Shown piece by piece: positions 9,862 through 18,096 of a stretch of 64,000 bases of DNA. The stretch spans positions 1,824,001 through 1,888,000 of the forward strand of contig OY762428.1 of the NCBI GenBank assembly GCA_963665665.1, read 5' to 3'. The translations under genes and the position numbers were made by a program. Origin of the DNA: Candidatus Kapaibacterium sp. Its GTDB lineage: Bacteria > Bacteroidota > Ignavibacteria > Kapaibacteriales > UBA2268. Under the pieces are notes generated by a model. It was not told the origin of the DNA, searched no databases, and was given only the letters and a program-made list of their open reading frames with translations. Numbering within the stretch: position 1 is the first letter of the stretch; each line of letters starts with the position of its first letter.

Positions 9862-9940
9862 TCCCCAACACACCCAGTGTGGAACCCTCACCGAAAGGGA
9901 GTGCTTGGCAGTATACACCTCCGATGGAGGGTTTTGGGGA
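9862..9940. repeat. GC-rich multi-hairpin intergenic element
   Basis: TCCCCAA/TTGGGGA and AACCCTC/GAGGGTT stems, with inner hairpins CACAC-CCA-GTGTG and CC-GAAA-GG. Confidence 0.45.
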
Positions 9941-10076
9941 TATATAGGATAATAATATATCATAGTTCAGATAATCTGATGAGGTAATGGCTGATTTCAG
10001 CAGACTGGATTATGGGTGGCTTGTAAATAAAAAAATCATATTCTCGGGAGCAAGTTATTCTTGATGTGCGCAAGGC

Positions 10077-10204
10077 TGTTTACTGTGAATATACAAAAAT
10101 AATTGAAAACATCAGTTTATCATGGCAGTTCCGGCAATATTGATTCGGGGTGAAGTGATTTAATTTATTGCTGTCCGGGCTATTTTGTATATACATTGTT
10201 AGCA
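10077..10204 (-). repeat. Degenerate attC-like site (cassette 2)
   Basis: 10162-10204 is a roughly 42-bp near-identical copy of 10998-11041. It begins GCTAAC on the minus strand shortly after the gene's stop; a weak partner arm ATATACAAAAAT lies near 10089-10100. Confidence 0.55.
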
Positions 10205-10215
10205 GCATACCTTTT

Positions 10216-10899
10216 TTATTTTTCTCTGTTATCATAGAAATATTCACCAAGTTCAATAACCTTATTTTCAGTAGAGTCCTTCGCCTGATGTTTGAATTCT
10301 CTTATCAATTTGTTGGAAATTTCATTGCCAAACGTCCTTAATGTCTCGTAAGCGTCTGCCCGATAAACTTCCTGTTCTGTTTTGTCAAATAGAATTTGTC
10401 CCATTAGATCAGTCGCAGGTTGATAGTCAATCTTTTGAAATCCGAGAATGGCGTATCGTCTGTACTTCATTTGCTTGTCTTCAATTTTCTCTGTCAGTAT
10501 CGGTCCAATTTCTTTACCTGCTTCTTCGATCGGTCTGACTAAATATCCTTCGGCAACTGATTGGTTATGAAAAACAGAATAGTAATGGAAAGCACATTTT
10601 TTGTCGATTACTTGTTCAACTGTGAAGTGATAAATTAAAGTCAATACTATTACGGCTCCTGCTGTCTTAAAATTCTTTTTTCTCAGTTGAAGAAATCCGA
10701 ACACAAAGAGGTTCGCTGTAACCAACCAAAAAAATGTCTTGTAGAAGAATATCGAAGTCAGGGCAATGTCGAGCATTAGCAATTCTTTTCCTTCTGGAAT
10801 CCAAGCGTAGTTGTCCGTCCAAGTCCGCATTTTCCAAAATCCAATTACCAACAAACTGGTAATCAAATAGGGTAATATTTTCTTGGCAAGTGTCTTCAT
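10216..10899 (-). CDS. Hypothetical membrane protein with C-terminal HEAT-like helical region (gene cassette)
   Basis: About 3 TM helices, then RRYAILGFQKI...RADAYETLRTFG. The likely start is MKTLAKK at 10899; the ORF-track extension runs into the attC hairpin. Confidence 0.75.
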   Translation of the reverse strand: MKTLAKKILPYLITSLLVIGFWKMRTWTDNYAWIPEGKELLMLDIALTSIFFYKTFFWLVTANLFVFGFLQLRKKNFKTAGAVIVLTLIYHFTVEQVIDKKCAFHYYSVFHNQSVAEGYLVRPIEEAGKEIGPILTEKIEDKQMKYRRYAILGFQKIDYQPATDLMGQILFDKTEQEVYRADAYETLRTFGNEISNKLIREFKHQAKDSTENKVIELGEYFYDNREK

Positions 10900-10910
10900 T
10901 TTATGGTTGC

Positions 10911-11041
10911 AGGTAACGTTTAGTATATGCAAAGTAGGCGATTGCGGACTTCAAACCTGTCAAACCGAGATGAAGTTGAAGCGGGCAACAACCGTTGAAT
11001 TTATTACTGTCCCGGCCTATTTTGTATATACATTGTTGTGT
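10911..11041 (-). mobile_element. attC-like integron cassette recombination site
   Basis: Minus strand reads ACACAAC-aatg-TATATACAAAATAGGC ... GCCTACTTTGCATATA-ctaaac-GTTACCT: a 131-bp imperfect palindrome with AAC/GTT core triplets, between two co-oriented genes. Confidence 0.65.
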
Positions 11042-11050
11042 GTTCGTGCA

Positions 11051-11566
11051 TTATTCATTCAGTTTATTTATCAAATCTATCCATTTTTCCGACTCAAACA
11101 ACATCCTCCTTTTAGTCAATACATTTGAAATCCTTGTTGCAATCAATCCACCATAAACCATTAGTTCTTGTATATTCATACTACTTTGGATATGTTGATT
11201 ACACCTGGCTGAATATAATCCTAAGTTCTCTATTGAACTCTTACTGTCAGGGTTTTGATTACGAGAAAGTAAATGTCCCCACTCATATTTTATGTAATCA
11301 CAATCCCAATCTGCAGGTCTATTCCAACAAAGAGGTAATTCAGTCCCCTCAACGTGAAAAAATGGTCTCTTATCCTGAGTGTCAAAGAGTAGATTTACAA
11401 TTTCTTTTAAAATCAGCTTTTTATCATTAGTGAATCGAATATCTGGAAAATCCGGTTTAATGTGATTTATCATAGTTTTCACTAATCTATCATCCTCTAA
11501 GTCTTTTATATAAGCCTCAGAATTACTTTCGATTATTTTTCTGTGGTCAATTAACTTCATCGTCAT
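11051..11566 (-). CDS. HNH-like (beta-beta-alpha-metal) endonuclease domain protein (gene cassette)
   Basis: EWGHLLSR...SSIENLGLYSARCNQH fits the H...NL....CN pattern of HNH nucleases; low GC. Confidence 0.6.
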   Translation of the reverse strand: MTMKLIDHRKIIESNSEAYIKDLEDDRLVKTMINHIKPDFPDIRFTNDKKLILKEIVNLLFDTQDKRPFFHVEGTELPLCWNRPADWDCDYIKYEWGHLLSRNQNPDSKSSIENLGLYSARCNQHIQSSMNIQELMVYGGLIATRISNVLTKRRMLFESEKWIDLINKLNE

Positions 11567-11647
11567 TTTTAATTAAGCCCAACAGTTAATTAAAACCAAT
11601 TTAACAAAAAAATAATAAATAATTTGCAATATCGGCTTTATTAAGCC

Positions 11648-11676
11648 AAAAAAAAAGCCCGGGACGAATCCGGGCT
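11648..11676 (-). terminator. Rho-independent terminator of the C69 dipeptidase gene
   Basis: Minus strand AGCCCGG-loop-CCGGGCT followed by a T-tract. Confidence 0.8.
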
Positions 11677-11701
11677 GAAGTTAAAAAGTTGATTTAGAAT
11701 T

Positions 11702-13357
11702 CTACTTTTCCTGCCATTCCACATCATAGAAGCCGGGCCTTTCTTTCAGAACCTGCTTCAGGAATTCCTCGCCGTAAAACGAGCTTTTCGGGTGGCGGCC
11801 GCCGTCGTTGTTCACGTCGTTTATATAGCCGTCATTGTATTTCATTACAAGCTGTTTCCAGAGGTCGCGCCAGATGTCAACCGTCATTTCCGCCTGGCTT
11901 ACGGAATAATCGCTAAGATAGTCGATAGCAGCCTGTTTGTCATTTTTATACATTTCCATTGCAGTTTTTTCAATTGCTGCCTGGTTTTTGTGGAATTTAT
12001 TTTCCAGCACCGACTGAACTGCCTGAATATCCTTTATCACATAGCTATATTTTGTGTAGGCTATGTTTGCAACCAGGTTGAATATCCAGAAACCTGATTC
12101 AAGCGAGAAATCATTGATAGCGCCTGTAATGTATGATTTCGGAGCTTCTTTCATGCAGCAGTAAAGCGGCTGATAAACGTTGGAATAATTATCGTCCACG
12201 CCATACCAGAAGCATCCGCCGATCTCATCAGGAAGGAAGCTGCGGCTCTGTGATACAAAGGCAAAAGCTGTCTGCTGGGTTGACACGGGGCGTCCCCATC
12301 CGCATGATTTGGAAGTATCGTTCGGGTTTTTCCATACAAGGCCTTTCCAGCGGTAAGGGCATCCGTAAGGGCCTGAAGCAAGACCTTTTGTCATATCGTA
12401 TTCAGTGCCTTCAAAGTGGTCTCTCATCAGGGCTATAACATCCTGAACGCTAAGTTTTTTATCCGGTTTGATAAACAGGGGATAAGGTTCGGCATCTTTT
12501 ACTGCGCGCCAGTAATCTTCAGGAAGGTCAAGCGATGGTGCCGCCCTGCGGAAAATTGACCATACCCTGCCCTCGCAGAATAAAGCGCCGCCCGGATCCA
12601 GCGGACAATATGCATCCATGAAACTGAAGGGTCCGTCTTCTTCTTTGTAATAGCCGTTTTCTTTAGCAAATTCAATAACATCCGGGGAATAAATGCAATT
12701 TTCGGGATCATCAAGCGGGAATTCCCTGATCCTTGACTGGTTTGCATGAACGCAGATATATCCGTCCGGCACCCTGCGGGCAACCCATACGGCTCCTTTT
12801 TCCTTGCCGCCCTTGCCTATCATCTCAAGTATCCATGCCTCGTTGGGGTCGCTAACGGAAAAGCTTTCGCCTGTGCTGTAATATCCGTATTTTGCTACGA
12901 GGCCGGTCATCACTTTAATGGCTTCGCGGGCTGTTTTAGCGCGGTGCAGGCCCAGCCACATCAGCGATCCGTAATCAATAATACCGGTAGAATCTTTAAG
13001 TTCTTTATGTCCGGTGAAGGTGGTTTCCCCTATGCTCACCTGGTGTTCGTTCATATTGCCGACAACCTGGTAAGTATGTGAAACCTGTGGAATTTTGCCA
13101 AGGAATTTTCCGGAATCCCACTCGTAAATTTCTATCATCGTGCCGGGTTCGTGATCCATTGCCGGCTTGTAGTAGAGTTTTTCCATGAAGCCGCCCGCGT
13201 CGGCATTGTATGTTATCATAACCGATCCGTCGGCGGAAGCGCCTTTGGATACCAGTATATTGGTACAGGAGATCAGTTCATTTACTCCAAAAGCCATAAG
13301 AAAAAGAAATATCGCACTAATCGTTGAGATTTTTCGCATTAAGCCCTCGTAATTCAT
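11702..13357 (-). CDS. C69 family dipeptidase (Ntn hydrolase)
   Basis: Nucleophile in CTNILVSKGASADGS; MNEHQVSIGETT; AKTAREAI; WVARRVPD. Confidence 0.93.
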   Translation of the reverse strand: MNYEGLMRKISTISAIFLFLMAFGVNELISCTNILVSKGASADGSVMITYNADAGGFMEKLYYKPAMDHEPGTMIEIYEWDSGKFLGKIPQVSHTYQVVGNMNEHQVSIGETTFTGHKELKDSTGIIDYGSLMWLGLHRAKTAREAIKVMTGLVAKYGYYSTGESFSVSDPNEAWILEMIGKGGKEKGAVWVARRVPDGYICVHANQSRIREFPLDDPENCIYSPDVIEFAKENGYYKEEDGPFSFMDAYCPLDPGGALFCEGRVWSIFRRAAPSLDLPEDYWRAVKDAEPYPLFIKPDKKLSVQDVIALMRDHFEGTEYDMTKGLASGPYGCPYRWKGLVWKNPNDTSKSCGWGRPVSTQQTAFAFVSQSRSFLPDEIGGCFWYGVDDNYSNVYQPLYCCMKEAPKSYITGAINDFSLESGFWIFNLVANIAYTKYSYVIKDIQAVQSVLENKFHKNQAAIEKTAMEMYKNDKQAAIDYLSDYSVSQAEMTVDIWRDLWKQLVMKYNDGYINDVNNDGGRHPKSSFYGEEFLKQVLKERPGFYDVEWQEK

Positions 13358-13663
13358 TCAGTAAAACATATATAAATCATTAAATAACTTTCATATTAAA
13401 TCATCGCAAAATTGCAATCGAAAAAGTTAATAATATTTGGGGATATAGAAAAGAACTTTAGGAAATAAACTTGAAATTGGACGGAACATTATATATATTA
13501 TCCTCGTCAAATAATAAAGGCCGATTTTGTTGTTATGAGTTTTTTGAGAAAAGGAGATGGGATGATTAAACTGTGGTATTGGTAATAATACTCGGGCGCT
13601 GATTTATGTGTTTTGGTTAATTTTTTGAGATAGTTACTTTTAATTATTCGGGGAGAACAATGT

Positions 13664-14368
13664 ATGGGATCACTGATAAAGATTTTTATTGTTATTATAC
13701 TCATAATATCATCTTATAGTAGTTCAAACTGTAAGAAGGAGTCAAATGCTTATTACGAGTATAATTATATACTCGGAAGAAACATTATTACCACAGACGA
13801 GTGGGACGAAATAGATAGTAATAAATTTAATCCTTATAGCCGAAGTTTAAGGTATTATCGGCCTTTCAAAGAACTATATAAGTATGTCAAAGAATTTTAC
13901 TGGGAGGATGAGTTCGTATTACTTTTCGGAGAAGTTAATACGATGACTTTTCTTTTTCAGGATAGCTCTATGATTTTTAAGCGGCTTCCAGGTGTAACCT
14001 GCGACTTTTGTTTCTTTGTAAAACAACCAGATAATAAAACTCGATTAGTATATACGAAATCGGTAAAACCGGTGATAGTTATATCAGATATTGAACTATC
14101 AAATGACACTTTATCTTTTAGTAATTTTGATAAATTATATGACATTAATGACTCATGTGATAATATTTCCTATTCTGCATATTATAATATTCTCATATAT
14201 GCTTTTCTTAATGACGGATACAAGGAATCATTTTTTAGAGAAACATGGATATATCCGTTTAAAGAAAAAGGCAATCGATGTCATCCTGAACAATCAAAGG
14301 AACTTGTAAAGATATTGCAATTTTTAACAAAGTATGATCTTTTTACTTATAATCCATTAAAGGATTAA
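13664..14368 (+). CDS. Hypothetical exported protein
   Basis: 234 aa; N-terminal hydrophobic signal; very low GC. Confidence 0.6.
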   Translation: MGSLIKIFIVIILIISSYSSSNCKKESNAYYEYNYILGRNIITTDEWDEIDSNKFNPYSRSLRYYRPFKELYKYVKEFYWEDEFVLLFGEVNTMTFLFQDSSMIFKRLPGVTCDFCFFVKQPDNKTRLVYTKSVKPVIVISDIELSNDTLSFSNFDKLYDINDSCDNISYSAYYNILIYAFLNDGYKESFFRETWIYPFKEKGNRCHPEQSKELVKILQFLTKYDLFTYNPLKD

Positions 14369-14387
14369 AATTCGAAAGGGATGCACC

Positions 14388-14915
14388 ATGTACAAAACAA
14401 TTATATTTTTGACAATTATATTAATATTCGGCGCTTGCGGAAAAAGAGAAAAGGTAATAGAAAAATTTGCAGATGGAAAGATCATGTCTGTCCACGAAGT
14501 AGTAAACAACGTTCCGGATGGAAAAATGACTCTGTATTACCGAAATGGGCAAATTCAATATGAAGGAGAAATGACTTATGGTAGAAATTCGGGTACACAT
14601 AAGCAGTATTATGAATCCGGAAAAATTCGGGCCATCCTGGAATTCAATAATTCAGGCAGTTTAAGAAATTGTAATTACTGGGGTGAAAACGGCGAACACA
14701 TGGTTGTTGACGGGGACGGAACCTATATTTTGTACTATCCGGATGGAACTAAAGAATCACAGTTTACTTATAGAAACAGCCAATTAGTCGACACATCATT
14801 TAGATGGTACAGAAACGGAAATATTGAAAGGGAAGTTTATTATCGAAATGGCAAAATAATAGGAGAACCGAGACACTGGAAAAAGGATGGCAGCGAGTAT
14901 AATAATGATTATTAA
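14388..14915 (+). CDS. MORN-variant repeat lipoprotein (YwqK-like)
   Basis: Lipobox FGAC; repeats of YY.NG...EG, YYESG, YYPDG and WYRNG. Confidence 0.82.
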   Translation: MYKTIIFLTIILIFGACGKREKVIEKFADGKIMSVHEVVNNVPDGKMTLYYRNGQIQYEGEMTYGRNSGTHKQYYESGKIRAILEFNNSGSLRNCNYWGENGEHMVVDGDGTYILYYPDGTKESQFTYRNSQLVDTSFRWYRNGNIEREVYYRNGKIIGEPRHWKKDGSEYNNDY

Positions 14916-15025
14916 AATTATTTTAAGGAGGGTTTCAATTGAAAGTCAGGCAGAGATTTAAAAGATGGAGGTTGCCCTGTTATCAGGTATTTGTTCAGAT
15001 TTGATAAATTTCTCTCAAATTATAA

Positions 15026-15095
15026 CCACGTGCTTTAGCTCGTGGATGGAAGTAATAATCCCTCAACCTCTGGGTTAACCCTGAGGTTGAAGGAT
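15026..15095. repeat. Pair of REP-like palindromes
   Basis: CCACGTGCTTTAGCTCGTGG (15026-45) and ATCCCTCAACCTCTGGGTTAACCCTGAGGTTGAAGGAT (15058-95). Confidence 0.6.
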
Positions 15096-15423
15096 GGCTA
15101 TAAAGAAGTACTCTCTCCACGACATAAAAGTCGTTGCAATTGGAATATTAATAACCCTATTACGAAGTTGCAAATCGTAATGCTGTTTTCCTGAAGCTTT
15201 GCTTCGCAAATCCAAAGCAAAACTTTAAGGAAAATGGCCTTACCGGGTACAACATTGGAAGGAGTACCAATCTTTCTAAGATCAAAGCCTGTCCCAACAG
15301 ATAGATGATCTTTCATCCTTTTAAAGACTAACAAACAATATGTGGCATATCTCTGTATCTACGGAATATTTATTATTTTGCAATTTTTTCAGTTAAATTT
15401 TTATTTGATATTAGTGAACAACT

Positions 15424-16044
15424 TTGATGACTTTGAAAAATAAATATAAAGACAATCTTCCCAACCTGATTTTCAGTTTCATTCTTGTCCTGATTGTCAG
15501 CCTTAGTTTTTCCCGCTTTCTGATGTTCGTGGAATCCAGGCCGGGATCGCTGCTTGCCGACCCGGTACTGGCACTTTTCGAGCCTATTGACCTGACATAT
15601 TATACATTCGGAATTCTGTACGGGGCGCTGATTATGGCAATTTTATCGGTAGTGAAAGATCCGGCAAGTCTGGCGCTGGCGATGAAGGCCTACGCTATTA
15701 TGCTGCTGATACGCGCCGTGTTGATGTATGTTACCCCGCTCGAAGCCCCTGAAAAACTAATAGTACTTGAAGACCCCTTCGTGAAATTATTCAGCGACGG
15801 TGTGGCTTTGCGTCGCGACCTGTTCTTTTCCGGGCATACTTCCACGATGTTCCTTTTATTCCTAACGGTAAAATCCAAATTGCTGAAAGCCCTGCTGCTA
15901 ATGGGAACCGTTGCTGTTGGTGCCTGTGTTATATTGCAGCATGTCCATTACTGCGTTGATGTAGCAGTTGCACCACTTGCCGCATTTGCAGCATGGAAAA
16001 TTGCCGGAAAGATCTGGGGTGGGAAAGAAAATGGGAAGAAGTGA
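15424..16044 (+). CDS. PAP2-superfamily, sphingomyelin-synthase-like membrane protein
   Basis: About 6 TM helices; DLFFSGHT and HYCVDV catalytic motifs. Confidence 0.82.
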   Translation: MMTLKNKYKDNLPNLIFSFILVLIVSLSFSRFLMFVESRPGSLLADPVLALFEPIDLTYYTFGILYGALIMAILSVVKDPASLALAMKAYAIMLLIRAVLMYVTPLEAPEKLIVLEDPFVKLFSDGVALRRDLFFSGHTSTMFLLFLTVKSKLLKALLLMGTVAVGACVILQHVHYCVDVAVAPLAAFAAWKIAGKIWGGKENGKK

Positions 16045-16141
16045 ATCAATCCAAATTCAAGATAATTTATCCATTAATATCAAATATTTTCTTATTTTTA
16101 GCAAATACTTTTTTACAATAATTTTGACAAGAGGAGAAATT

Positions 16142-17572
16142 ATGCGATGCTTAATTATTATAGCAGTTATATTATTCAATACTTCATTAGGAATATTTGC
16201 TCAAAATTATCAAACAGTAAATTCTGGAAGAATTCAATATTTCGGGCGATTGGAGCCATATGTTAGATTTCCAATAAAGGCTGCAAAAGTTGATTCGGTG
16301 AAGTATGACAAAGATTCAATTCTATACCTGAACAACAATATTCATAAGATCCATGAAAATTGTTACACACCATACGGAGCTTCCTTGCTTGGCTCAAAAA
16401 TTAAAATTGACAAAGACTGCAGGAATATTTTCTATAACAAATTTGGTCATGAAATTGTTATTGACACAAAAGCCGGATTGAATGATTCCTGGGAGTTTAT
16501 TTATGCAGAGGATTCTACTAACGGGTATGCAGAAGTAACTGAAATAAAAGAAATGGACTTTTTAGGTTTTACCGATACTGTTAAAGTTATAGAAGCTCAT
16601 GTTGAAAATGAGATTGATTCCAAAGAATATAATTTTGAAATTATACTTGGAAAGAACTTGGGATTAATTCAAACTGTCGATATGTTTAATTTACCCTTTT
16701 ATAAGAATATATATGAAAACAATGTAGATATACATTACCAATTAAAGGGAATATCCAGCCCGAGGCTGGGTTCAAATGATATGACCTGGCTCGAGGTAAA
16801 TGATTTCTATCCCGGTGATGAGATTCATATTCATTACAATTACTGGGAAGTCAGGGATACCTCAATATATAAATACATTGACAGGGTTGATTACAAGGAT
16901 TCCGTTAAATATACTTATACCAAAGAAAGCCTGAGAAGAATATCTAATTCGGATGGTCATGTTGATATAGAATATTCTCTTGATACTCTTGAAAAAACAT
17001 TTTATCCGGATATAAATTTTGACAAACCCGTGGGGCAACCGATAATATATGGTAATTTTATGTCATTATATAGCCTCGGAGATGCACAAGATGATGAAAA
17101 ATTTGAATATAATCATCCATATATTTATTACCGTCGCCAGGATTCTTGTTGGGAGTTAAAACATAGTGAAGGTTATGGATTTTCCAAATATGTAAGAGGT
17201 TTGGGAGGACCTTATTATAGGTTATATATTGAACCGGTTGAAAAACTTAGAAAAATTTTATATTTCAAAAAAAGAGATACAACATGGGGCGAACCCGTAG
17301 TTATTACTGCAAAAGAGGATGTACCTGCTACAGATGAAATTCTTGTTTATCCAAATCCATGCAGCGATTACCTGGTTTTTAGAAATACTCAAAATAATTT
17401 TGGGCTGAAGTTCGAATTATTTGATATGAATGGGGTTAAGATTTTTTTCAGCGCTATAAAGCAGAATACCGGAATACAGCTTCCGGTATTGTCTAACGGA
17501 GTTTATCTATACAGGATAAGCAATTCATTCAGAATTCTGAAATCAGATAAACTTGTAATTATCAGGGATTAA
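16142..17572 (+). CDS. T9SS type A sorting domain-containing protein
   Basis: Start at MRCLIII (16142) after an AGGAG RBS; signal peptide; C-terminal VYPNP...LFDMNG...L.NGVYLYRI...KLVI. Confidence 0.85.
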   Translation: MRCLIIIAVILFNTSLGIFAQNYQTVNSGRIQYFGRLEPYVRFPIKAAKVDSVKYDKDSILYLNNNIHKIHENCYTPYGASLLGSKIKIDKDCRNIFYNKFGHEIVIDTKAGLNDSWEFIYAEDSTNGYAEVTEIKEMDFLGFTDTVKVIEAHVENEIDSKEYNFEIILGKNLGLIQTVDMFNLPFYKNIYENNVDIHYQLKGISSPRLGSNDMTWLEVNDFYPGDEIHIHYNYWEVRDTSIYKYIDRVDYKDSVKYTYTKESLRRISNSDGHVDIEYSLDTLEKTFYPDINFDKPVGQPIIYGNFMSLYSLGDAQDDEKFEYNHPYIYYRRQDSCWELKHSEGYGFSKYVRGLGGPYYRLYIEPVEKLRKILYFKKRDTTWGEPVVITAKEDVPATDEILVYPNPCSDYLVFRNTQNNFGLKFELFDMNGVKIFFSAIKQNTGIQLPVLSNGVYLYRISNSFRILKSDKLVIIRD

Positions 17573-17577
17573 ATTCT

Positions 17578-18027
17578 GTGAGTATTAACCTTATTCAAAT
17601 AATAGATGATATTATCATTTTTGGCGAGCTTTATCAGGATATTCCTGATAAAGAGACTATCCTGGAAGAAAAATTAATAAGATTGTATTCTGCATATTTT
17701 GACTTGAATAATTTGAGTCATGAAAATTCTGATAATGAAACAGAAGGATTCGATTATTATAATATTCGTATGATTGTCGATGAGAATTTTCCGGATTTTG
17801 GTTATTATAATTCTGTGCTGAATATAAAAGCGCCAGAGGAAGATATTTTAGCCGGCATGGGAGATTCCGTAGATGACCTGACAGATATTATCATTGATTT
17901 AATAGAAATTAAAACCCGTTATATCAATTTTGGGATTGAAGATGCTGTTGGCCGGTTTTTGATTTCCTTTGAAACGCATATAAAGCAGCATCTGATAAAT
18001 TTATTAAACTATATCCATAATAAATAG
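17578..18027 (+). CDS. DUF5063-like protein
   Basis: Acidic 149-aa protein with GYY...GDSVDDLTDI..DL pattern recalled from DUF5063. Confidence 0.55.
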   Translation: MSINLIQIIDDIIIFGELYQDIPDKETILEEKLIRLYSAYFDLNNLSHENSDNETEGFDYYNIRMIVDENFPDFGYYNSVLNIKAPEEDILAGMGDSVDDLTDIIIDLIEIKTRYINFGIEDAVGRFLISFETHIKQHLINLLNYIHNK

Positions 18028-18037
18028 TCCAAAAACA

Positions 18038-18070
18038 AATCATCCGATAAGGGCATGTCATCGGATGATT
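18038..18070. terminator. Bidirectional terminator-like hairpin
   Basis: AATCATCCGAT...ATCGGATGATT between convergent genes. Confidence 0.55.
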
Positions 18071-18096
18071 GATAAAATTCAATATTATGAAATTTT

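Noticed and set aside
10162-11041. Repeat pair as a CRISPR array or IS ends
   Set aside because: Only two copies, about 840 bp apart, in direct orientation and separated by a whole gene; no cas or transposase genes.
15098-15334. 78-aa minus-strand ORF
   Set aside because: TTG start, no RBS and no recognisable motifs; probably non-coding.
15968-16141. N-terminal extension of the T9SS cargo ORF
   Set aside because: It overlaps the PAP2 gene; the RBS and signal peptide point to the ATG at 16142.
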